From Clostridia bacterium (GTDB lineage Bacteria > Bacillota > Clostridia > CAKSNL01 > HGM11501): a DNA stretch of 64,000 bases. This document shows positions 9,495-19,500 of this stretch, one piece after another. The DNA is taken from NCBI GenBank assembly GCA_045545475.1, contig JAZQAZ010000018.1, positions 45,375 to 109,374 on the forward strand, read 5' to 3'. The notes below the pieces were generated by a model, which searched no databases, had not been told where the DNA came from, and saw nothing but the letters and a program-made list of their open reading frames with translations. Both the position numbers and the translations under genes were made by a program. Every line of letters begins with the position of its first letter. The stretch's first letter is position 1.

Positions 9495-12088
9495 CATTCG
9501 GTTATCCGGACTGCAAAAAAGCTGCACTTGAAGAAATAAGTTTTACAGTCAAAAAAGGAGAATTTATAACCTTAATCGGTAAATCGGGATGCGGCAAGAC
9601 CACACTTTTAAGACTGTTAAAGCCTTCCGTTTCGCCTTTTGGAGAAGAATCCGGAAATATATTTTTTATGGGCGAAAATATAAAAACGCTGGAAAAGGAA
9701 AAAGAGGCGGCAAAAATCGGCTTCGTAATGCAAAGTCCCGACAATCAGATAGTAACAGATAAGGTGTGGCATGAACTTGCTTTTGGTCTTGAAAGCCTTG
9801 GAATGAAAAGGGAAGAAATAAGGCTGCGTGTTGCGGAAATGGCATCTTTCTTCGGAATTCAGAATTGGTTCCATAAGAATGTTTCTGAATTATCCGGCGG
9901 ACAAAAACAGATACTTAATCTTGCGTCGGTTATGGTTATGCAACCGGAATGTCTTATTCTGGACGAGCCCACAAGCCAGCTTGATCCCATAGCGGCATCG
10001 GAATTTTTAAAAACGCTGGAAAAAATAAATAAAGAGCTTGGAACAACCGTAATTTTGTCGGAGCATCGTCTTGAAGAAGCGATAGCTTTGTCTGACAGAA
10101 TCATCGTTTTAGATAACGGAAAACTGATGGCAGACGGAACGGCAGACTGTATTTGCGGTGTACTGAAAGAAAAAAAGCACGGCATGTATCTTTCGCTTCC
10201 CACACCTGCGAAAATAGCCACGGCACTTTCGGAGAAGGTCGAAAACATTCCGCTTAATATAAGGGACGGGGTTTCCTGGCTTAGTGAATATTCTGAAAAT
10301 CATCCTTACGATGACTCGGTTACAGGAACGGATAAAAAGCGGGAAATAACCGATGTCTCCATAGAATTAAAGGATGTATATTTCAGGTATAAAAGAGAGC
10401 TTCCGGATGTGCTTTCGGCACTTTCACTTAAAGTATACAAAGGAGAAATATATTCTATTCTTGGCGGTAACGGAACAGGAAAAACTACAACCATGTCTGT
10501 TATGGGAGGAATATTAAAGCCTTACAGCGGCAAAGTTCTGATTGACGGAAAAGAAATAGAAAAAACTGAAAATTTATATGGAAAAATCGGATTTCTGACA
10601 CAAAACCCCGAACTGCTTTTCACGGAAAAAACAGTTATGGAAGATTTATTGGCGGCGGTAAAAGGGGAAGATGCGGAAAATATTGTTATTGACATGGCAA
10701 GACTCTTGAAAATTGACGGTCTTCTTAGGATGCACCCTTATGATTTATCCGGAGGCGAAAAGCAAAGGGCGGCACTTTGTAAAATACTTCTTAAAAATCC
10801 GTCAATTCTTCTTCTTGATGAACCGACAAAGGGAATGGATGGAGAGTTTAAAAAGATTTTTTCGGGTATTCTTTCAAAGCTTAAAAAAATGGGGAAAACC
10901 ATTGTTATTGTTTCTCACGACATAGAGTTTTGCGCGGAAAATTCCGATTACTGTACAATGTTTTTTGATGGCGGAATAGTCAGCGGAGATACTCCCGGAA
11001 AGTTTTTCTCCGGTAAGAACTTCTACACCACGGAAGCAAATAAAATGGGCAGAGGAATACTTCCGAAGGCTTATCTTACAGAGGAAATAGTAAAGGCTTT
11101 CGGAGGAGAAATGCCTGTGATATGCAATGATGACACAGATGTTTTCAAAGCTATAAAAAGAGAAAAGGATGTACATGAAAAGAAAAAAATAAAAATCGGT
11201 AAGAATATATTTATAGGAAGCTTATTTGCAATAATTTTTCTTTTGCTTCAGATATTACTGGGAGATTATTTTGTCGGATGGAAAAATCATGCCGTGCAAA
11301 TACTCTCATTAGTCTTCCTTGCTTTGTCTCTTTCGGCTTTTTTTCCTCAGAAAGAATTTGATGTTTCTAAAGTAGAAAAGGGAGAAAGAAGCAGAAAAAG
11401 TTTAGTGGCCGTGATTATTGTTTCACTTATTATTATTCCGCTTACCCTGTGGCTGGGAACAGAGTTTCTTCAAAATAAAAAATATTATTTTACGAGCCTT
11501 ATAATAATAGCAGAAACGATATTGCCTTTTCTGTTTTTATTTGAGAAAAGAAAGCCGAAGGCAAGGGAGCTTGTTGTAATAAGTACACTTGCGGCACTTG
11601 CTGTAGCGGGAAGGTCGGCGTTTTTTATGGTGGCGAGCTTCAAACCTGTGCTGGCACTTATTATAATTACAGGGGTTACTTTGGGTGGAGAAACAGGATT
11701 TTTGGTTGGTGCAATAACGGCATTTGTTTCGAATTTCTTTTTCGGTCAGGGACCGTGGACTCCGTGGCAGATGGCTGCTTTTGCCGTAATAGGTTGCCTT
11801 GCCGGAATAATTTTCAGCTCCGGAATGATAAAAAGATCGAGGCTTTCGCTATGTATATTCGGAGCGTTTGCGGCACTTTTTATCTACGGAGGAATCATGA
11901 ATCCGGCTTCCGTTCTTACAATTTCGGCAGAGACTAGTAAAGATGCGATTCTTTCATCTTTCGTTTTGGGACTTCCGCATGATATAATCCATGCGGCATC
12001 TACCTTTATTTTCCTCTGGTTTATCTCCGGAGCGATGATAGAAAAAATTGAACGTATTAAGAAAAAATACGGTCTTATAAAAATGTAA
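9467..12088 (+). CDS. ECF transporter double ATPase fused to a CbrT-like S component
   Basis: Two ABC domains (GKSGCGKTT/LSGGQKQ and GGNGTGKTT/LSGGEKQR), then a hydrophobic C-terminus with NFFFGQGPWTPWQM. Confidence 0.88.
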   Translation: MECFKIENLTFGYPDCKKAALEEISFTVKKGEFITLIGKSGCGKTTLLRLLKPSVSPFGEESGNIFFMGENIKTLEKEKEAAKIGFVMQSPDNQIVTDKVWHELAFGLESLGMKREEIRLRVAEMASFFGIQNWFHKNVSELSGGQKQILNLASVMVMQPECLILDEPTSQLDPIAASEFLKTLEKINKELGTTVILSEHRLEEAIALSDRIIVLDNGKLMADGTADCICGVLKEKKHGMYLSLPTPAKIATALSEKVENIPLNIRDGVSWLSEYSENHPYDDSVTGTDKKREITDVSIELKDVYFRYKRELPDVLSALSLKVYKGEIYSILGGNGTGKTTTMSVMGGILKPYSGKVLIDGKEIEKTENLYGKIGFLTQNPELLFTEKTVMEDLLAAVKGEDAENIVIDMARLLKIDGLLRMHPYDLSGGEKQRAALCKILLKNPSILLLDEPTKGMDGEFKKIFSGILSKLKKMGKTIVIVSHDIEFCAENSDYCTMFFDGGIVSGDTPGKFFSGKNFYTTEANKMGRGILPKAYLTEEIVKAFGGEMPVICNDDTDVFKAIKREKDVHEKKKIKIGKNIFIGSLFAIIFLLLQILLGDYFVGWKNHAVQILSLVFLALSLSAFFPQKEFDVSKVEKGERSRKSLVAVIIVSLIIIPLTLWLGTEFLQNKKYYFTSLIIIAETILPFLFLFEKRKPKARELVVISTLAALAVAGRSAFFMVASFKPVLALIIITGVTLGGETGFLVGAITAFVSNFFFGQGPWTPWQMAAFAVIGCLAGIIFSSGMIKRSRLSLCIFGAFAALFIYGGIMNPASVLTISAETSKDAILSSFVLGLPHDIIHAASTFIFLWFISGAMIEKIERIKKKYGLIKM

Positions 12089-12146
12089 ATTTAATTGAAA
12101 TAGTATGCCTTTTTTGGGGAATAATAAATAAAAAAGGAGGCATATT

Positions 12147-12269
12147 ATGAAGATAGAAAGATACGTCGGAGGAAAGAAATTAACCTTTGATCAGATTAAA
12201 AAATACACCATTAAAAACAAAGCCGTAGACATGGCTGTTGAACGTGTTATAAGACGTGAGGGCAGATGA
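12147..12269 (+). CDS. 40-aa basic small protein MKIERYVGGKKLTFDQIKKYTIKNKAVDMAVERVIRREGR
   Basis: Strong RBS AAGGAGG; stop codon overlaps the recombinase start (ATGA). Below the ORF-track size cut-off. Confidence 0.75.
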   Translation: MKIERYVGGKKLTFDQIKKYTIKNKAVDMAVERVIRREGR

Positions 12270-13615
12270 AAAAAGCGGCGTTATATATCCGTGTTTCAAC
12301 GGATGCTCAAAGAGAGGAAGGCTATTCCATCGAAGCACAGAAGGAAATGCTTTCCGCTTTTTGCGTTACAAAGAAAATTGAAAATTATGAGTTTTTCATA
12401 GACGGAGGATATTCGGGAAGCAACTTGGAGCGTCCGGAAATGCAAAGACTCATAAAAGAGGTTTTTGAAAATAAAATAAGTGCGGTTATAGTTTATAAAC
12501 TTGACCGACTTTCCCGTAGTCAAAAGGACACATTGTATTTGATAGAAGAAGTTTTAAACCCCAAGGGTGTTGATTTTATATCCATGAATGAAAGCATGGA
12601 TACATCAACACCCTTGGGGCGTTTGATGCTTGGAATACTATCTGCCTTTGCACAGCTTGAAAGGGAAAATATAAAAGAGAGAACCAGGATGGGGATGAAG
12701 GAGAGAGTAAAGGATGGCTACTGGCCCGGAGGAGGCAGAGTTCCGTTTGGCTATGATTATGACAGCGAAAAGGGGATTTTGGTCCCCAATGAAGATGCAA
12801 AAACCGTAAAACTTATATACAGCCTTTATTTAGATGGTTATCCCATGTATAAGGTGGCTAAAATGGCGGGACTAAAATATGAGCGTCTTGCTGTTCAGAT
12901 ACTTAAAAGAAAGTCCAATGCCGGATATATAATCTATAACGGTGAGGAATATAAAGGTCGTCACGAGCCTTTAATAAGTGAGGAAATTTACAACGCCGCA
13001 ATGAAAATGATGGAGGAGCGAAGCACGAAAAAATTTACCGATTCGGAATATCTTTTATCGGGAATGGTTTACTGCGGAGTGTGCGGGGCAAAAATGCGTT
13101 ATCAGAAATGGGGAAAGCGTGGATGCAAACTCTGTTGCTATTCTCTGGAAAAGAACAAGCCTTATCTTGTGAAGGATGAAAATTGCACCAATGAAAAGAT
13201 ATGGGCAGATGAGGTGGAAGAGGCGGTGACAAAAGATTTACTGGGCCTTTCTTTTGAAATAAACTCGGGAGAATTCAATGAGCCGGATATTAAAGGTGTA
13301 CTCGAATCAAAAAAAGAGCAGTGCGAAAAAAAGCTCAAAAGGTTATATAAGCTTTATGCTGAGGGTGAGGATGATGCCTTAATTGATTCCATAAATGAAG
13401 CTAAAAAGGAGCTTGGCAAAGCGGAAAAAGCATTAAACGATGAAAGAGCGAAGCTGTCCGAAAAAAAGCACATGAAGGAAAAAAGAAACTCTCTTAAAAC
13501 ACTTCCCGATACATGGCCGTATATGACGAATGCGGAAAAACGCAATATAGTAAGAAGCCTGATAGACAAAGTTACGGTTACCGGGGATAATGTGAAAATT
13601 GATTATCTTCTATAA
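12266..13615 (+). CDS. Large serine recombinase (resolvase, recombinase, zinc-ribbon and coiled-coil domains)
   Basis: YIRVST catalytic motif, VYKLDRLSRS, FAQLERENIKER, PFGY, LLSGMVYCGVCG. Confidence 0.93.
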   Translation: MKKAALYIRVSTDAQREEGYSIEAQKEMLSAFCVTKKIENYEFFIDGGYSGSNLERPEMQRLIKEVFENKISAVIVYKLDRLSRSQKDTLYLIEEVLNPKGVDFISMNESMDTSTPLGRLMLGILSAFAQLERENIKERTRMGMKERVKDGYWPGGGRVPFGYDYDSEKGILVPNEDAKTVKLIYSLYLDGYPMYKVAKMAGLKYERLAVQILKRKSNAGYIIYNGEEYKGRHEPLISEEIYNAAMKMMEERSTKKFTDSEYLLSGMVYCGVCGAKMRYQKWGKRGCKLCCYSLEKNKPYLVKDENCTNEKIWADEVEEAVTKDLLGLSFEINSGEFNEPDIKGVLESKKEQCEKKLKRLYKLYAEGEDDALIDSINEAKKELGKAEKALNDERAKLSEKKHMKEKRNSLKTLPDTWPYMTNAEKRNIVRSLIDKVTVTGDNVKIDYLL

Positions 13616-13629
13616 ATAAAAAAACATAG

Positions 13630-13654
13630 ACAAGTATAGATTTTTATGTTATAA
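13630..13654 (+). promoter_or_regulatory. SigA-like promoter of the hydrolase/discoidin module A (approximate limits)
   Basis: TAGACA...TGTTATAAT immediately after the recombinase stop. Confidence 0.55.
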
Positions 13655-13696
13655 TGCATATAATTGGAATAGTTGTATCCAAAAAGGAGTGGTTCT

Positions 13697-16546
13697 ATGA
13701 AAAAAATATGTACACTTATGATTGTGCTCATGCTCATCCTGCCGTGTTTTTCTGTATTGCCGGCAAGTGCTGAGGTTGTTGAGCTCACTGCCAGGGGAGA
13801 TTATCTTACAAACCCCAATGATAAGATAGTGGTAAATTCTGCTTATGAGATTTATCCCTGGAACAGAAATAAGTATATCGGATTTTCAGATGTTGATATG
13901 ACGGGAATAAAGTCTATTACAGCATCCGTAAAATGTATGCTTCCGGGAAACTCAAACGGTGATACCATAGCGATTATGCTTGATACGCCTTACGGAACGG
14001 AAAGCTCCGTTAACTGCGTGGGTTACATTGTGTTAAACAAGGAAAGCCCCAACGGCGGAGCAGATTATGCAAATTACACTGCGAATATAAAAGAAACCAC
14101 GGGAACACATGATATATATTTTGTTTCCTGCTTAGGTTCCAACAATTCGAACTATATAAGGGTAAAGTCCTTTACTCTTAATGAAACAACCGTGACCAAA
14201 GAAGACGAAACCGTTTCGGATTCTTATACTTACAGCGTAAATCACGACACATGGGCACTTACGGACGAGCTTGGCAGAAAAGCGGCGGATTATTCTGAAG
14301 CAGGTCCTGTGAAAAGCGGCAAACACGATGTGGGTATTCTCTATTGGAACTGGTTTGTTTCTCCTGAATATTCGAGAGCCTATATTCCCAGCGAGGTTAT
14401 AAGAAAATATCCTGATCAAAAGGATAATTATCTTTCTCCCGTATGGGATAATATGGGTGATTTCTGGTGGGCAGAGCCCCTTTTCGGATTTTACGACAGT
14501 TATGACTATTGGGTGTACCGCCGTCACGCCGAAATGCTTGCAAATGCAGGTGTTGACTTCATAGCTTTTGACTATTCCAACGGAGGTCTCGGATTCATAG
14601 AACCCCTTACAATTCTTGTTGATGCCTTTAGGGATGCAAAGAAGGACGGCATAGTTGCACCTAAAATTACAGCTATGACAGACCTTGGAGGAAGGGAAGA
14701 AAATTCTGTAAGACTCCTTCAGTCTATGTACTTTAACTGCTTTGTGGGAGAAGACTATACAGATGTATGGTATTATCTTGACGGAAAGCCGCTTCTTTTC
14801 GGTAACTCACTTCCCAATGTTACAACTAAAGTACAGTCCGTTACATATGATGACGGAACAACCGATACTTTCTACAGACAGATTGCTGACATGGCAACAA
14901 TTGAAGAATTTTTTACATACAGAAACAGCGGATCAAGAACAGGTCCCTTTGCTAAGGTTGATGACAGATGGATTTGGCTTGAAGATTTCCCGATTCACGG
15001 CTGGAACTGGCAGGAAGATACGGAAAGATATGAATTTTGTGCAGTTGGCACGGGTATAAATGAATCTTACATATACAAGCTTGCTGCAACCGGAGTATTC
15101 TCTGACGAGTATACAAAGGGCAGAGGCTATTCGGAAGCTTTTGGTGAGGACAGAACAGGTGACGGTATGTATATGGCATACTTCTTCCGTGACCAGTCTT
15201 CTTTGGCTCTTGAAATTGATCCTGAAATTATTATGATTGACGGATGGAACGAATGGACTGCAGTAAGAAACGGCGTATATAACGGCTTTACAAACTCCTT
15301 CGTTGATACCTTTGACGATGATAACAGCCGAGACTTCGAGCCATCGGCAGGTGCTTTAAGAGACCATTATTACTGTCTGATGATTGACTTTATCAGAAAG
15401 TATAAGGGCGTTGCAAAAGCACCCGTTGCAGGAAGTGTCTTTACCGTAGAAGACTTTTCGGATTGGGAAAATGTGACATATAAGTACCTTAATTATCCTT
15501 CCGAGGAAAGATGTGACGAAGGCTATCTTATAGCTCCTGCAACTCCTGAGGAAGAATCTACTGCTTATCACAGCTTTGTATATGAGGTATATAACAGCAT
15601 AATAACAGCAAAGGTAAGCCATGATGATGACAATTTATACTTCCTGGCTGAAACCGAAGCGGAAATGACATTAAATACTCCTTTTGCAATGCAGCTTTAT
15701 CTTGATACCGACAGAAATAAAGCGACCGGATGGAACGGCTATGATTATGCGGTAAATGTTACAGAAGCAGGAAAAATAGCAAAAAATCTGGATAATGCGT
15801 ATTTATGGGAAACTCTTTCAGATGTTGAATGGGTAAGTGAAGGAACAAAGCTTATGATTACTGTTCCCAGAACACTTGTAAAAGAAACATCTTCCGTTGA
15901 TTTTGAATTCAAGTGGACAGACGCTATCGACCTGGAAAGTGAGTTTTTAAATGTTTATAAGGGCGGATCAAGTGCACCCTTTGGAAGATATAACTACATA
16001 TATTCCGAAGACACCCAGGTTTATCCCGGAGAGGAAATAAATGCTGATTTAAGCAATAACTCCGTTGTAAAAGCAGGCGTTAATAAGATGACGGTAGGGG
16101 ACGCCATGATAACTGTTTATGAGCCTGATACAAGGGTTACTCCTTATTTAATTGATGGAACAATCTACGTTCCCGAAGATGCACTGCATGAGATTATCGG
16201 CTACGGCAAATCAAAGTCATGGTACGATGCCGCAACCAACACATTCAGACTTATGAGATATGAGCTTGAGCCTTATGAAGATGCCAACGGTGTTACAAAG
16301 CGCAATATAAATACTACGTGGCTTTATACAAAAATCAATTCAACTTCTATGAATTTTGGCGGAAATGAGCAAACGCTTAGCCATCCTGTAAAAGTAATAG
16401 ACGGTATATTCTTCGTTCCGCTTTCGCTTCTTTCTGATGCATACGGATATACTGTAAGTATAACAGACGGCGTTGCGGTGGTAACAGATCCCGGTGAAAC
16501 GGCTCTTTCAGCAGCTACTGTAGCTTCGGTTACAGAACTTTTCTGA
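13697..16546 (+). CDS. Secreted multidomain protein: CBM6-like, GH99/GH71-like barrel, CBM9-like and stalk (Cu-amine-oxidase N-terminal-like) domains
   Basis: RBS-supported ATG at 13697; signal peptide; VGILYWNW, WWAEPLFGFY..HAEMLANAGVDFI.FD, DGWNEW; PYLIDGTIYVP and PVKVIDGIFFVPL. Confidence 0.7.
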   Translation: MKKICTLMIVLMLILPCFSVLPASAEVVELTARGDYLTNPNDKIVVNSAYEIYPWNRNKYIGFSDVDMTGIKSITASVKCMLPGNSNGDTIAIMLDTPYGTESSVNCVGYIVLNKESPNGGADYANYTANIKETTGTHDIYFVSCLGSNNSNYIRVKSFTLNETTVTKEDETVSDSYTYSVNHDTWALTDELGRKAADYSEAGPVKSGKHDVGILYWNWFVSPEYSRAYIPSEVIRKYPDQKDNYLSPVWDNMGDFWWAEPLFGFYDSYDYWVYRRHAEMLANAGVDFIAFDYSNGGLGFIEPLTILVDAFRDAKKDGIVAPKITAMTDLGGREENSVRLLQSMYFNCFVGEDYTDVWYYLDGKPLLFGNSLPNVTTKVQSVTYDDGTTDTFYRQIADMATIEEFFTYRNSGSRTGPFAKVDDRWIWLEDFPIHGWNWQEDTERYEFCAVGTGINESYIYKLAATGVFSDEYTKGRGYSEAFGEDRTGDGMYMAYFFRDQSSLALEIDPEIIMIDGWNEWTAVRNGVYNGFTNSFVDTFDDDNSRDFEPSAGALRDHYYCLMIDFIRKYKGVAKAPVAGSVFTVEDFSDWENVTYKYLNYPSEERCDEGYLIAPATPEEESTAYHSFVYEVYNSIITAKVSHDDDNLYFLAETEAEMTLNTPFAMQLYLDTDRNKATGWNGYDYAVNVTEAGKIAKNLDNAYLWETLSDVEWVSEGTKLMITVPRTLVKETSSVDFEFKWTDAIDLESEFLNVYKGGSSAPFGRYNYIYSEDTQVYPGEEINADLSNNSVVKAGVNKMTVGDAMITVYEPDTRVTPYLIDGTIYVPEDALHEIIGYGKSKSWYDAATNTFRLMRYELEPYEDANGVTKRNINTTWLYTKINSTSMNFGGNEQTLSHPVKVIDGIFFVPLSLLSDAYGYTVSITDGVAVVTDPGETALSAATVASVTELF

Positions 16547-16563
16547 TAAGGAGGGGATAAAAA

Positions 16564-19500
16564 ATGAAAACAGTTAAGAATGTTTTATCTTTAATATTGT
16601 TAGTGGCGGTTTTATTGTCCTCTCTGTCCCTTTCCGTTTTTGCGGAAAACGGAGAAATTCCTGCAAAGTCCACATGGACAATTGCGGCAAGTTCTTATGT
16701 CGGCGGTTGCGATCCTATAAAGGCTATAGACGGAAATGTCGGCACCTACTGGCATTCATATTATGAGGTGGAAGGTGGCGTTGCCGTAAATCCTGATTTA
16801 GCACCTTACTATCTTTATGTTACCCTTCCTTCGGTAACGGAGTTTTCAGGAATAAATTTAACTCCGAGAGCGTCTTCCGGTGCTCAGATAAATGAAATAA
16901 GTGTATATGTTTCGGATACTGCGGCTGACAGTAATACCGATACATCCTGGGCACTTGTGGCCGATAAAGTAGCGTTTGCAACTCCCACGGTGGGAGATCA
17001 GACACCTCTTAATATTGATTTCGGAATGAATGTTAAAGCAAAGAGATTTATGCTTGCTATAACAAAGACGAGCAATAACTACGGAACAATTGCCGAAATT
17101 GACCTTGCGGAGAAAAATGACAGATATACTGTTGCGTCCTCTGCGGAGCTTTTGGAATATCACGCTATTAAAAGTAACACAGCTCTTTCAGATAAGAGTA
17201 AGTGGGGAATCTCCGTCAACTCCGGCGAGGGAAGTATCAGAAAGGCAATTGACGGAATAGTTGACGAAGATAACTACTGGCATTCATTCTTCAAGGCAGA
17301 CGGTGCAAACATAACTTATCACGACATACCGCCTTATGACATATATATAACATTTCCTGAAAAAACCGTAATATCTCATCTTGATGTTATACCGAGGCAG
17401 GATATAAAAAACGGTTGTCCGCTTGAGATGAACTTTTATGCTGCAGACAGCGACGACGGAGAAATGTACCTTCTTGAAGAAAAGCTTACCTATGAATCGG
17501 GATTTGCGGGAAGAGCAATTGACCTTGCTTCTAATGTTGCAGCAAAGAAAATTCTCATAAACATAACAGGCGGTAACGGAGGTTACGGATGTATCTCGGA
17601 AATCAATATTACCGGTAACGATGCGGAAAAACCTTTCTCCGCCCTTGACACTTATATTAATACGGCAAAATATGCAAGAAAATATGAAATAAGCAAAAAC
17701 TACTTTGAAATTTCGTGTGACCATACAGGAAACTGGAGCGGTAATGTTATCAATAATATGATTGACGGTTCTGAATCAACCATATGGCAGACAGATAATC
17801 TCAATAAATTGGGGATTAAGCCCACCGTTACTGTGGATATGCTGGATGATTATACTATAAGCGAAATAACATATTTCCCGAGACAGTCTGATGATCATCA
17901 CGGACACTGGACAAAGTTTACCTTGCAGACAAGCAGTGACGATTCAACCTATACTGATGTTGGCGATTACACATTTACGGCAGGTTATGATCTTCAGGTA
18001 ATTAAGCTTGATAATCCCATAAAATGCAGGTATATAAGATTTAAGAGCATAACAGGTACCGGTGGCTATGTAGGAGGCGGAGAGCTTTACTTCTATCAGA
18101 CATATGACGGCTTGCAGGAGTATAACGAGCGTTACGGCGGAACATTCCACCTTGAGTACGGCTCTGCCGACGTTTACTGTGAAAAGGGAGCTGCCCCCGG
18201 TGACTATACACTTGTCGGTCCCATTGAAACGATGAACGGATGCACATATGTTCCTCTTTTAAGCTTTGTAAATGAGCTTATTTATAAGGGTAGTGCGGAA
18301 GAAGATAAAACAAGCGATTTAAGAAAAATTACCGTTTCTCTTAACGGCGGACTTAAAACATTCACTCTACAGGAAAATAACTATATTGTATATTCTCTGG
18401 ATAATAAATACGGAGATGTTCGCTATACGCTTTATAATCTTCCTTTTGTGAAAAATGACATCTTCTATGCACCGCTTCATTTCCTTTGTGAGCTTATCGG
18501 ATACGAGGAATCCTTCGACGGTGAAACTCTTACCCTTGTGAAAATTGACTTTAATATGTATGACACGGTTGAATGGATTGATCCCGCTAAGTCTTTTGCA
18601 ACCTACAAGGTAAATTATGATCTTGGACTTGAGGGAATAGGAAGGATTGAGGGCGGAAGAGAATACGATGAAGTTAAGGTTGGAAATGGTGTTCTGCTTC
18701 CTTCCGTTGAAACAGAGATAGGATATAAATTTGAAGGCTGGTATTATCCCGGAAGAATAAAGAATCTTGCCGGAAAAGGAAACGATGCATATAATCCGGC
18801 AAGTGATGTGACATTATATGCGGTGTATTCCGAAATTGAAAACCTTGAAGACATAAAGGCTGAAATTATTTCTATCCTTAAAGAAACCGATCTTTCGCTT
18901 TACAGAACAGCTGAAAGAAAAGAAATCGAAGCGATAATTGCTTCAGCTGAAGAAAACATCAATTCTTCTGGGACAAAGGAAGAAATCAATGATTATTATC
19001 TTTTGGCGAAAGAGGCTATAGATGCTGTAGAAACTGACGAAGAAATGACTAAGGCGGAGGACGAAACCGGCCTTAAGCTTACGGTTACAAGTACAAGCGG
19101 AGGAACTGTAACACTTAATGATGAGCCTGTTTCGGGAACGGTTTCTGTAGCAGCAGGTACAGAAGTAACCCTTAAAGCATTCGAAGATGAAACAGGAACA
19201 TTTAAGGCATGGATTGACGGAACAACACAGAAGGTGTTAAGCGAGGAAGAGGAATATGTATTCAGTATGTATTCCAGACGTCACATAATAGCACTGTTTA
19301 CCGACAGCTCTATGGGTGATGAAGTGTTTGCAAGCTTCCTTACAAGAAATAATCAGTATGCGAAATATACATATGTTGAAAAGGGTACAGATACAAATAC
19401 TATAGCTCCCGATGAAGATCAGATGTACGTATCCGGATACACCTTTAACGGCTGGAAACCCGGACTCGGAGTTATAAATAAGGACACCGATTACAGGGGT

